A stretch of 64,000 bases of DNA from a virus, in the IMG/VR virus record IMGVR_UViG_3300017917_005108, positions 98,498 through 162,497 of that record. One strand, written 5' to 3'. Position numbers and translations under genes: made by a program. Shown piece by piece: positions 48,642-56,621 of this stretch; the first letter of the stretch is position 1; each line of letters opens with the position of its first letter. The notes under the pieces were generated by a model. The model was given only the letters and a program-made list of their open reading frames with translations, ran no database searches and was not told where the DNA came from.

Positions 48642-49874
48642 ATGGCTGATCAAGTTACAAAAATTATTATACGCAGAGGAACCGACGTACAACGAAGAAC
48701 AGCTAATGCTACTGGTGTGCTTTTTGATCAAGGAGAACCTGCTTGGGCAACAGATATTACTAGGTTGTATGTAGGTGATGGTTCTACATACGGCGGTATA
48801 CCAGTAGGAATGAGAAATTTAGGCGCTGTTAATAAATTGTTTGGTGATTACTTGCAAGGATATACTGCTGAAGGATATTCAGCAGTTACAGATAGAGGTG
48901 TAGAAATAGGTGATATTATATATGATAGAACAACTAGAAACATATATGCACTATCTAGTAAGTCAAACTTTCCTCCATTAACTTCTGAATTTGTAAAGTA
49001 TGATTCTTTAACTCTAGTCAATACATCACAATTTTTTTATGATTCAGGATTAAATTTAAATATTGCACAGCAAGGTGTTGGTGTATATGAATTAAATTCT
49101 AATGTAGCTGATGGATCTACTATAACAAAACTAGGGCCTTCAATTCCTTTATCACTCGCGCAGGGATCTGCTGGAAATGGTGTTGATAAAAGCAATTTTA
49201 AATTTATACCTGCTAATTCTGTTTTACTAAACAATACAGGGTCTTTAAATAGCCCGGATATTGTACGTGTACAACCAAATCAATTTATAGGAAGATCATC
49301 TACCTCAACTCTTACAGCATTAGGGTTTGGTGCTATAGCAACAGGAGGTGCTTTTGCAGGTAATAATGGAGTACAAATGGGTAGCTCAGGTGATACTCTA
49401 ATTGTTAGTTTATCATCTAATATATTTACTATAAGCCCTCCAAAAATGTTTATTAACTCGCAATTAACTGTATATCCTAGTTTAAGTGTAGCTGGTCCTG
49501 CAACTATAAATGGTAATTTATCTGCTGCCGGCGCATACTTAAATGGTACAATTGTAGCTACAGGTGACGTTATAGCATATTTTACCTCTGATAAAAAACT
49601 CAAAGACAATCTAATTAAAATTTCTGCTCCACTAACAAAATTAAAAACTTTAAATGGTTATGAGTTTAATTGGAATCAAAATGCACCTGGCCATTTAAAA
49701 GGCAGTGACATTGGTGTAGAAGCTAATGAAGTTGAAAGAACATTACCTCAAGCTGTAATAGTAAGAGATAATGGCATTAAAGCAGTTAATTATAATAAAT
49801 TAATTCCATTATTAATAGAATCAGTAAAAGAACTAACAAGTAAGGTAGAATCACTTGAATCTAAAATTTTATAA
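48642..49874 (+). CDS. Tail fibre protein with C-terminal intramolecular chaperone (peptidase S74)
   Basis: N-terminal I.IRRGT...GEP..ATD..RLYVGDG (Mtd-N-like); C-terminal SDKKLK.N, GY.F.W, G..A.EV...LP, V.Y..L.PLLIE..KEL. Confidence 0.88.
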   Translation: MADQVTKIIIRRGTDVQRRTANATGVLFDQGEPAWATDITRLYVGDGSTYGGIPVGMRNLGAVNKLFGDYLQGYTAEGYSAVTDRGVEIGDIIYDRTTRNIYALSSKSNFPPLTSEFVKYDSLTLVNTSQFFYDSGLNLNIAQQGVGVYELNSNVADGSTITKLGPSIPLSLAQGSAGNGVDKSNFKFIPANSVLLNNTGSLNSPDIVRVQPNQFIGRSSTSTLTALGFGAIATGGAFAGNNGVQMGSSGDTLIVSLSSNIFTISPPKMFINSQLTVYPSLSVAGPATINGNLSAAGAYLNGTIVATGDVIAYFTSDKKLKDNLIKISAPLTKLKTLNGYEFNWNQNAPGHLKGSDIGVEANEVERTLPQAVIVRDNGIKAVNYNKLIPLLIESVKELTSKVESLESKIL

Positions 49875-50052
49875 TAAAGTTCAAGAAATTTTGGAAACTT
49901 CAATTTCACCATTTGTAAGTAGATCTCAGCCTGTAGACGCACAGTCAGGAACTAATATAGGCATAACATCTGGGGATATTTTAAATACATTTCCTTCATC
50001 TATTAAAAAAATTAATTTTAAGCGAAAAATTAAACAGAAGAAAAAAGCTTAA
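49855..50052 (+). CDS. Small putative internal head protein
   Basis: Starts MNLKFYNKVQEILE; basic C-terminus. Confidence 0.45.
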   Translation: MNLKFYNKVQEILETSISPFVSRSQPVDAQSGTNIGITSGDILNTFPSSIKKINFKRKIKQKKKA

Positions 50053-50599
50053 CTATACTGTTTACTCTTTTTCCTACTTGAGTAGACCACTTACTTTTTT
50101 GTATTTCGTTTGCAGCATTACCATATTCACCCTTTAAAATATAATCTTTAGTTTTAACAAATTTATTTAGTCTTGTAAATCCCATATTAAAAGACATATC
50201 TAAAACACCTAATTTTATGTTTTTGGGTAATGAATCAAAATTTGGTATCCATTTTTTAGCATCATTATATGCAATAGTAAGAGTTATTTTAAAAATTTCT
50301 TTTATTTGTTCATCTGTAAGAGCAGATTTTCCAGATAATATATCTTCATAGTTAACTCCAACTTTTTTAGCTATTAATCTAGCATCAGGTCTAGTTAAAT
50401 TAAAGCCAATACCAATTGTAGGTATACCTAAGGAATCTTTATATACATTAGGTCTATAACCTTCATGATCCTTTATAAAATCAAGAATATCATCAAATGA
50501 TAATCTAGAATCTTCAGCTTTTTGAATAATAGCAGGTGGAGGAGGTGGAACATCAGAAATAGCTTCTAAAATTTCTTTAAGCTTTCTATAGAAGTTCAC
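50030..50599 (-). CDS. T4-type lysozyme (GH24) with capsid-targeting-like leader
   Basis: HEG....YKDSLG.PTIGIG (E-x8-D-x5-T), DM.FNMG...L.KF, S.W..QVG.R; TAAATA-N5-GTG. Confidence 0.92.
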   Translation of the reverse strand: MNFYRKLKEILEAISDVPPPPPAIIQKAEDSRLSFDDILDFIKDHEGYRPNVYKDSLGIPTIGIGFNLTRPDARLIAKKVGVNYEDILSGKSALTDEQIKEIFKITLTIAYNDAKKWIPNFDSLPKNIKLGVLDMSFNMGFTRLNKFVKTKDYILKGEYGNAANEIQKSKWSTQVGKRVNSIVKLFSSV

Positions 50600-50607
50600 G
50601 TAATTAT

Positions 50608-51165
50608 TTAGTTAATAACTGCTACCTTTACTATCTTAGGATAGCGGTTAGCAAACAACATAGCGTCTTTCTTATGTTCAAAAAAGACATCTATTACAGG
50701 CAACTTACCACTAGAGGCACGCTTTTCTCTAACTGCCGTTCCTGTATCAACAGCTTTAACTAACCCAATATTAGGAATAATAACCTCTTTGGTATATGGA
50801 ATAATTCTTGGATCAACTGCAATAGATTCACCCTGTTTAAGAGTATAACCTGTAGAGCTTTTCTTTTTAGCACTATCTCTATCAGTATCGCCACCCTTAG
50901 CCCAGTATACTGTTAATCTAACTGTCATAACTTTAAACCCATTTGTCTTGGGAATAAATTCATCTTTATATTTTATACCATCATTCTTAACAACAATCTG
51001 TTTTGCAATAGCTCTTTCTTCTTGAATTGGTAAGTTTTTAAGCTCATTTTTTACATCTTTAATACTTAGTTTTTTTCTATATGTGTCTATACCTACACTT
51101 GTAATGGATGCAAAAAGCACTACAACAAGTAGGAATAGCTTAGTTATTTTGGTGTTTATTTTCAT
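50608..51165 (-). CDS. 3D-domain (MltA-like) protein with N-terminal signal/TM helix
   Basis: T.Y, STG, IAVDPRIIP, AVDTG.AV, IDVF. Confidence 0.85.
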   Translation of the reverse strand: MKINTKITKLFLLVVVLFASITSVGIDTYRKKLSIKDVKNELKNLPIQEERAIAKQIVVKNDGIKYKDEFIPKTNGFKVMTVRLTVYWAKGGDTDRDSAKKKSSTGYTLKQGESIAVDPRIIPYTKEVIIPNIGLVKAVDTGTAVREKRASSGKLPVIDVFFEHKKDAMLFANRYPKIVKVAVIN

Positions 51166-51279
51166 AAAAAAAGAATGCTGTATACAGCTTATTGCCTAGA
51201 ATGGCAGAAAATAATATGTAATATTACTGTCATTATTTATTCTATTTTAAAGGAACAAACAATACAGTCAAGTAAAAAA

Positions 51280-51777
51280 TTATGCCAAATCTCTAATGTA
51301 TTTACGTAAATTGTTGTTTCTGTTAGTCCAACCCTTTAAAAACACCTTTAACTTAGGTCTAGATTCAGTAAGATTTTCATAAAAGGTCTGGCGCTGATCA
51401 ATAATTTTTATTGCTAATTCTTTAGGATCAGCTTTTTCTGCAGCCTTTAAAGTAACAGGACCAACTACACCGTCTGCTACAACACCTAAAGCTCTTTGTA
51501 AAAACTTATTGGCCTGCTTTCTTCCTGTATTGACAACAGAATCAAAATACGAAATATATGAGGGGTGAGATAACTTATCAGCTGAGCTCATAGACCAGTA
51601 ATCTTTAAAAAATATCTCATCTGCTTTTTCTCTCGTTAAATTTTTAATATCAAGATCTGGATAATCCCTCTTAGTAAGACCATACATTGTTTCACCACCG
51701 GGATCGTTAGGATGATTATAGTAACCGCCTTCTGCTTCACGAACAAACTTCATGGCTTTTTCAAATCTATCATTCAT
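51280..51777 (-). CDS. Endolysin, glycoside hydrolase 108 with peptidoglycan-binding domain
   Basis: EGGY.NHPNDPGGET.YG.T, FD..VNTG, LQRALGV.ADG.VGP.T, F.KGW..R; start MNDRF after TAAGTA-N5. Confidence 0.93.
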   Translation of the reverse strand: MNDRFEKAMKFVREAEGGYYNHPNDPGGETMYGLTKRDYPDLDIKNLTREKADEIFFKDYWSMSSADKLSHPSYISYFDSVVNTGRKQANKFLQRALGVVADGVVGPVTLKAAEKADPKELAIKIIDQRQTFYENLTESRPKLKVFLKGWTNRNNNLRKYIRDLA

Positions 51778-51785
51778 AAAAATAC

Positions 51786-52244
51786 TTATTCCCAAGGAAA
51801 ATTTACCCACAAATCATTTGAAAGCTCTTGCACATATATATCAGGAATAAAAGCAGTACCGTGTTTTATATACAATGTGCCTGTCTTAACTTTAGCAGCA
51901 TTAAGATTATAATCAAAAAATTTAGCAGCATATTGCAATGTTTTGCCTGTATCTGAAAGATCGTCAAAAATTAAAATATTACTTTTTGAAAAATTATTAC
52001 AAAGATATTCTAGATCAGGTTTATTAAGAAATTTTATTTCTTCTTGTTTATTGTTATCATTATAGCTCTTTAAATGCAAAGGATACACATTAGGTATTTT
52101 TGCTTTATATGAAATAGCAGTACCAGGTACAAGCCCACCCCTTGCTATAGGTACAATTAAGTCAAACGATTCATTTTTAATTTTATTTAAAAATAACGTA
52201 ATATTAAAATTTATAATATCCCAGTTTACATTAAAGAATTCCAT
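51786..52244 (-). CDS. Type I phosphoribosyltransferase (Gpt/xanthine-guanine PRT-like)
   Basis: IARGGLVP, ILIFDDLSDTGKT (PRPP motif), PD, WV.FPWE. Confidence 0.9.
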   Translation of the reverse strand: MEFFNVNWDIINFNITLFLNKIKNESFDLIVPIARGGLVPGTAISYKAKIPNVYPLHLKSYNDNNKQEEIKFLNKPDLEYLCNNFSKSNILIFDDLSDTGKTLQYAAKFFDYNLNAAKVKTGTLYIKHGTAFIPDIYVQELSNDLWVNFPWE

Positions 52245-52296
52245 ATTCTTATTATAAAATTAAAAATAAGAAATTCAACATTATTAAATATTTATA

Positions 52297-52533
52297 ATGA
52301 AAGAGAAGAGGCTAATTTCTTCTCGAGAAGATGTAGCTAAATACGTTTTAGATAACTATAGAAGCTTTAAAGTCTGTACTGGCTGTGATTCAATACTAAA
52401 AAAATCAGCTTCTATATGTCCTATATGTAGTACCTATAGGTTTGATAATACTAAAAAAGCTATATTTGATGTTGCTACAAGAATTGCTAGCGGTGAAGAA
52501 CGTAGAACAGTACTTGAATCTGATTTGTATTAA
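52297..52533 (+). CDS. Small zinc-ribbon protein
   Basis: KVCTGC...ICPIC; TAAATA-N6-ATG. Confidence 0.7.
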   Translation: MKEKRLISSREDVAKYVLDNYRSFKVCTGCDSILKKSASICPICSTYRFDNTKKAIFDVATRIASGEERRTVLESDLY

Positions 52534-52682
52534 TTTTTTTCTAAATCAATCCTTTCATTTAAATGTTGAGAAAAGTAAATAATTTTTTTCATTAGTTCTT
52601 CTTTCTTTATGCCTTTAGTTTTCTTGGCTTCAGTATAGAGATCTAACACAAAGTCTGCAGTAATTTTTTTCTTTTCTCCCAT
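52530..52682 (-). CDS. 50-aa hypothetical late protein
   Basis: Manual translation MGEKKKITADFVLDLYTEAKKTKGIKKEELMKKIIYFSQHLNERIDLEKN; TAAATA-N5-ATG. Confidence 0.6.
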   Translation of the reverse strand: MGEKKKITADFVLDLYTEAKKTKGIKKEELMKKIIYFSQHLNERIDLEKN

Positions 52683-52733
52683 AATAATATTTATTATAGT
52701 TGAAAATTGTTAAAAGTACAATATATAAGTTAT

Positions 52734-52928
52734 ATGGATACAAACTTTATTGAACAAATTGTTGGGGTAGCAAACGGATTAACAGAGGACTATGAAAAGT
52801 TTTTTGTTAAGAATCAGAATGCAGCATCTTCAAGACTACGCAAAGGTCTTAAGGCTATTGCTGATATCTGTAAGGCAGAGAGAAAGCGTATCTCTGAAGT
52901 AAGAAATCAGAGAAAAGCTTCTAAGTAA
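52734..52928 (+). CDS. Histone H1-like Hc1 family protein
   Basis: D.EKF..KN..A..R.RK.L..I...CK..RK. Confidence 0.75.
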   Translation: MDTNFIEQIVGVANGLTEDYEKFFVKNQNAASSRLRKGLKAIADICKAERKRISEVRNQRKASK

Positions 52929-52955
52929 TTATTGAGCTCCCGCTTAAATATTTTT

Positions 52956-53198
52956 ATGAAAGACTGCGCATGGCTGCGCGCGTTCCTATACTTTGCAATT
53001 GCAGCTATTCCAGCTCTCATAACTGATTTAAGCGGATATAAATCATACCACGATATATCTCCTATAGCCCTAACAATAATAATTGCTAATATGTTATTGC
53101 AGGGGTTTATAGCTGTTAGAGCATTTATTGATCAATCAATTAGCCGTACTCAAAAAGAAAAGAAAGATAAAAAGTCTGATTTATTATTTGAGGGTTAA
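52956..53198 (+). CDS. Holin-like two-TM membrane protein
   Basis: Two hydrophobic helices and a charged C-terminal tail; TAAATA-N5-ATG sets the start at MKDCAW. Confidence 0.55.
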   Translation: MKDCAWLRAFLYFAIAAIPALITDLSGYKSYHDISPIALTIIIANMLLQGFIAVRAFIDQSISRTQKEKKDKKSDLLFEG

Positions 53199-53203
53199 TT
53201 TTT

Positions 53204-53623
53204 TTACTTAACTAAATCTTTTGCTTTATCCCAAATAGAATCTGGTTCCTTACCATCTTTACGCCAGCTATTCAAAATTGCATAATAAACTAAATGCTGT
53301 TGATCTATAATATAAAGCTTACTACCTTTTTTGTCTGTATATTCTTCTATACCCGAATTCACATCTAAATCTACACCCTTATACGTTTTAAAACGAATTT
53401 TATAAGTTTTAATTAGTGTATTATAACGAAGTAAGCCGAACGGGGTTATAATGCCTCTACCATCATCTAGAAACCCAATAAATCCAGAGTTTTGAACATC
53501 ATAACCTGAAGGAGTAGAAGCATCGTACGATGCAATTTCATCTTTTACTTTATCAGGTGTAACTGTAGAACACCCTACTAGTAATATACTACTCAGCGAG
53601 AGAATCGCGAATTTTTTTAGCAT
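53204..53623 (-). CDS. Lipoprotein (o-spanin candidate)
   Basis: Signal peptide with lipobox LLVG-C. Confidence 0.65.
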   Translation of the reverse strand: MLKKFAILSLSSILLVGCSTVTPDKVKDEIASYDASTPSGYDVQNSGFIGFLDDGRGIITPFGLLRYNTLIKTYKIRFKTYKGVDLDVNSGIEEYTDKKGSKLYIIDQQHLVYYAILNSWRKDGKEPDSIWDKAKDLVK

Positions 53624-53786
53624 CTTTCTCCTTTATGGCTTTTTCTATTTCACTCTCAAAATTAGCTTCTTTTTGTTGCTGCTGACGATCTTTCATTTCT
53701 TTTGTATTTTTAGCTCCAAACACATTATTAATAGCCTGAAATATTCCAGAAATGGCTCCAATAATAGCTTCTGCTATGCCAGGCAT
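53589..53786 (-). CDS. Small membrane-anchored coiled-coil protein (i-spanin candidate)
   Basis: Hydrophobic N-terminus then charged helix; overlaps the lipoprotein gene start. Confidence 0.5.
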   Translation of the reverse strand: MPGIAEAIIGAISGIFQAINNVFGAKNTKEMKDRQQQQKEANFESEIEKAIKEKDAKKIRDSLAE

Positions 53787-54250
53787 TAGTCTACGTACTC
53801 TTCTGTGGCTGTTTTACAGCCTTTAGCAATTGCGTTGAGAACATCAATTCCAAGCTTAGCATCACCGTCAAGCCTTGCAAATTGTGCAGCATAGATATCC
53901 TTTAGAGCTGCAACATACTTTGACCAATGAGTCTTTTCAGCAGGTAAATAATCTGTGAGAGCTTTTTGTAGTTGATCAGGTGTGGGTGTGGATCCGCGTG
54001 TTAAACTCTCAACTATAGTAGCTACATTATTAATCATCTTTGCTTTCTCTGCTCTATCTTCTGGTGATAGGGCTTGCTCTAAGACAACAGTACATGCAAG
54101 TGTTACTGCTGGTGCAATGTAAGGAAGAGCATTCTCTACCGCTTGCTTAGGCGTAGTACCACCTACATCTGATCCACCATTGCCACTATTATTGGTAGCA
54201 CATCCGACTAGTAAGAACGGAACTAAAATTAAAGGTAAGATATTCTTCAT
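53786..54250 (-). CDS. Lipoprotein
   Basis: MKNILPLILVPFLLVG-C lipobox; TAAATA-N5-ATG. Confidence 0.75.
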   Translation of the reverse strand: MKNILPLILVPFLLVGCATNNSGNGGSDVGGTTPKQAVENALPYIAPAVTLACTVVLEQALSPEDRAEKAKMINNVATIVESLTRGSTPTPDQLQKALTDYLPAEKTHWSKYVAALKDIYAAQFARLDGDAKLGIDVLNAIAKGCKTATEEYVD

Positions 54251-54262
54251 AAAATTATTTAA

Positions 54263-55081
54263 TCAATAGAAAATTTTATCAATAACATCTTTAAAAGTAT
54301 GTCCGCAGAGTTTAGCTGCCTTAACAAGCGTTCCATCCTCTCCTAAATAACAATTTAAATTAATATCAAATACATATATTTTATTATTTTTTATTCTATA
54401 ATCTATTCTATAATAACTTTTTATATTAAATTTTTTCTTTATTAATTTAGCAATTTTATAAATTTTTTTATCTTTACTAATTTGTAAGTTTTCTTGTTTA
54501 TGCTTTCTCCACTTAAAATTATAGTCACAAATTCTATTTTTACTGATTTCTTTTTTTACAGAAACAGAAAACAGCCCGGGTACTTCACAATAACTGAATT
54601 CATCACCATCAATAAATTCTTCTAAATAACAATCTTTTTTTATAGTGCTTGGATACTTACATAAAATATTCTTCATAGTAATCTCTTCACTTCCATGTTT
54701 ACATGCAGATTTTAAAATAACAGGAGTTGGCATATCTTTACAAAAAAAACTATTTTTTGGTAAAAAATTTAACTTATATAATCTTTCTATCCACCTTTGC
54801 TTATTAACAAAAAAATATAATATTTTAGATGATGCTCCAGTAAATGTAAATTTATTTTTTTCTAAAAATAAAACTGATTCTAAAAAACCTGATCCTGTAT
54901 TTTCATTATTATCACATAAATTAAATATTTTTTTATAATCTTTTTTTAAATCACACTCAATATTACATATCGGTATTTCTATACCCTTTATAATTGCTGC
55001 TATTTTTTTAGCTAAGGCTTTATTTGATTTAAATTCTTCTTTTTTAAGACTTTTGTTAGCTGAATATATTACTGCGTACAC
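54263..55081 (-). CDS. ATP-grasp protein (D-Ala-D-Ala ligase-like)
   Basis: FNLCD, FTG, P.ILK...HGS, LEEFIDG.EF, Y..KW, YYRIDYR, FDIN.N. Confidence 0.72.
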   Translation of the reverse strand: MYAVIYSANKSLKKEEFKSNKALAKKIAAIIKGIEIPICNIECDLKKDYKKIFNLCDNNENTGSGFLESVLFLEKNKFTFTGASSKILYFFVNKQRWIERLYKLNFLPKNSFFCKDMPTPVILKSACKHGSEEITMKNILCKYPSTIKKDCYLEEFIDGDEFSYCEVPGLFSVSVKKEISKNRICDYNFKWRKHKQENLQISKDKKIYKIAKLIKKKFNIKSYYRIDYRIKNNKIYVFDINLNCYLGEDGTLVKAAKLCGHTFKDVIDKIFY

Positions 55082-55101
55082 ATAAAATATTTAATATATT
55101 T

Positions 55102-55515
55102 TTAAATAAAATAAAACGCAATCTTATCGCCTTCATAAACAATATCAAACGCTCTGAACGAAAATTTATCTTCTATAATTTTTTTTGAAAACTCTTCAAA
55201 AGCTTTATCATTTTTATCTATTCTAAATACTTTACCTGATACGTTTTCAAATATATAAGGTTTTACTAATAGCATTAAATCTATATTTGAATGATTTTTA
55301 TGCCAATTTTCTATATATAAAAATACATCATTTCTATTTTTTTCTATAAAATCAATAATTCTATATTTGCAAGAGCAATTAGGATTAACCTTAAACGACT
55401 CTACATCAGCATGTGTTTGTAGAAAAGTATTCTGAAAATTACTTCTAAAATCATCAAAAGTTGTTATAAGAGTTAGAACTAAAGTAGGAAGATGCTTGTA
55501 ATCCTTATCTAGCAT
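55102..55515 (-). CDS. Hypothetical protein
   Basis: NPNCSC motif; sigma70-like elements upstream of MLDKD. Confidence 0.6.
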   Translation of the reverse strand: MLDKDYKHLPTLVLTLITTFDDFRSNFQNTFLQTHADVESFKVNPNCSCKYRIIDFIEKNRNDVFLYIENWHKNHSNIDLMLLVKPYIFENVSGKVFRIDKNDKAFEEFSKKIIEDKFSFRAFDIVYEGDKIAFYFI

Positions 55516-55562
55516 ATGATATATTATTAAAAAAACCAGTTTTATCAATATTAAATAATATT

Positions 55563-55841
55563 GTGCCTAATATACCTAATATCAATGATATTAATAGGGC
55601 AAAAAGAATAGCTGTTGATGCTTTATTAAGAAGAAGAAATATTTATACAGGCAGCGGTGCTATAAAATTTCCAACTCCTACACCCACTCTAACACCAACA
55701 CCTACTCCAACACCTACTCCAACACCTACACCACCAGCTCCTCCTTCTAACGAAGATCTCACATTTAATAGTAACACAAGTTTTGGCTTGAGTGCTGTTA
55801 GTAACATTTTAAATTTTGACTTTTTTAATATAACATCATGA
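55563..55841 (+). CDS. Late protein with Pro-Thr repeat
   Basis: TAAATA-N5-GTG; PTPTPTLTPTPTPTPTPTPTPP. Confidence 0.65.
   Translation: MPNIPNINDINRAKRIAVDALLRRRNIYTGSGAIKFPTPTPTLTPTPTPTPTPTPTPPAPPSNEDLTFNSNTSFGLSAVSNILNFDFFNITS
55671..55736 (+). repeat. Coding tandem repeat (Pro-Thr; CCAACACCTACT-like units)
   Basis: ccaactcctacacccactctaacaccaacacctactccaacacctactccaacacctacaccacca. Confidence 0.85.
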
Positions 55842-56620
55842 GAAGAAATATTACAGCAAGTATAGATGAAAAACCATTAAAAGTTTATAATCATTCTGTA
55901 CAAAGATCTATAGATAGTTTTTGGATTAACAATACACAGAAACCTTCAATAATACTTGCTAGTGGTATATATAGATTTTATCAAACAGATCCAACAAATT
56001 ATTACGGAACTCCTAGCCCTTTTATAATTGGTACTCTACCTGAAACACAAGCTGTAGACAATAGTTATATAAAATACTTTTTAAATGGCCAACAAGTAAA
56101 TGCTACAAACTATATAAACAATTTTACACCTTGCTTAACAAGCTATTTTGGAAATCCACAATTAGGAAATTATGTAGAAATAACATGCACTTACACAAAT
56201 CCTGTTACTAGTTATTTTTATTATAATGCAAACCAAGTAGGATATGGCAATAATTTAAAATACCTACCAACAGATAATTGTAATATATTTGTATGCTTAA
56301 GCACAACTACAAGCTTAGAATTATTTGCAGGTCAACATTCAATTTATATTCCTATAAAACTCGCTTATGTGGGTCTTCCTGCTGATAATACCTATTACGA
56401 TTATTATAGTGGCGACGGGTCAATTTATAGAAATTTAACCGCTTTTAATATGCATGTAATGAATACAGAAGCAAAGACAGTCACAGCCTATACTCTTTCA
56501 GCATTTGAAACTTTACTCACACAAACTGAATCTACTAGTAGCATATACGCTATAAGACCGTTAGGTTTTGTGCCTTCACTTTGTGCAACAGTAATTGAAA
56601 CAATAAAAATAAAATATTAA
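55838..56620 (+). CDS. Putative virion structural protein
   Basis: Tyr/Thr/Asn-rich, in a late operon. Confidence 0.55.
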   Translation: MRRNITASIDEKPLKVYNHSVQRSIDSFWINNTQKPSIILASGIYRFYQTDPTNYYGTPSPFIIGTLPETQAVDNSYIKYFLNGQQVNATNYINNFTPCLTSYFGNPQLGNYVEITCTYTNPVTSYFYYNANQVGYGNNLKYLPTDNCNIFVCLSTTTSLELFAGQHSIYIPIKLAYVGLPADNTYYDYYSGDGSIYRNLTAFNMHVMNTEAKTVTAYTLSAFETLLTQTESTSSIYAIRPLGFVPSLCATVIETIKIKY

Positions 56621-56621
56621 T

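Noticed and set aside
51176-51235. Palindrome GCTGTATACAGC and a 14-codon upstream ORF before the 3D-domain gene
   Set aside because: Single occurrence, too short to distinguish from chance.
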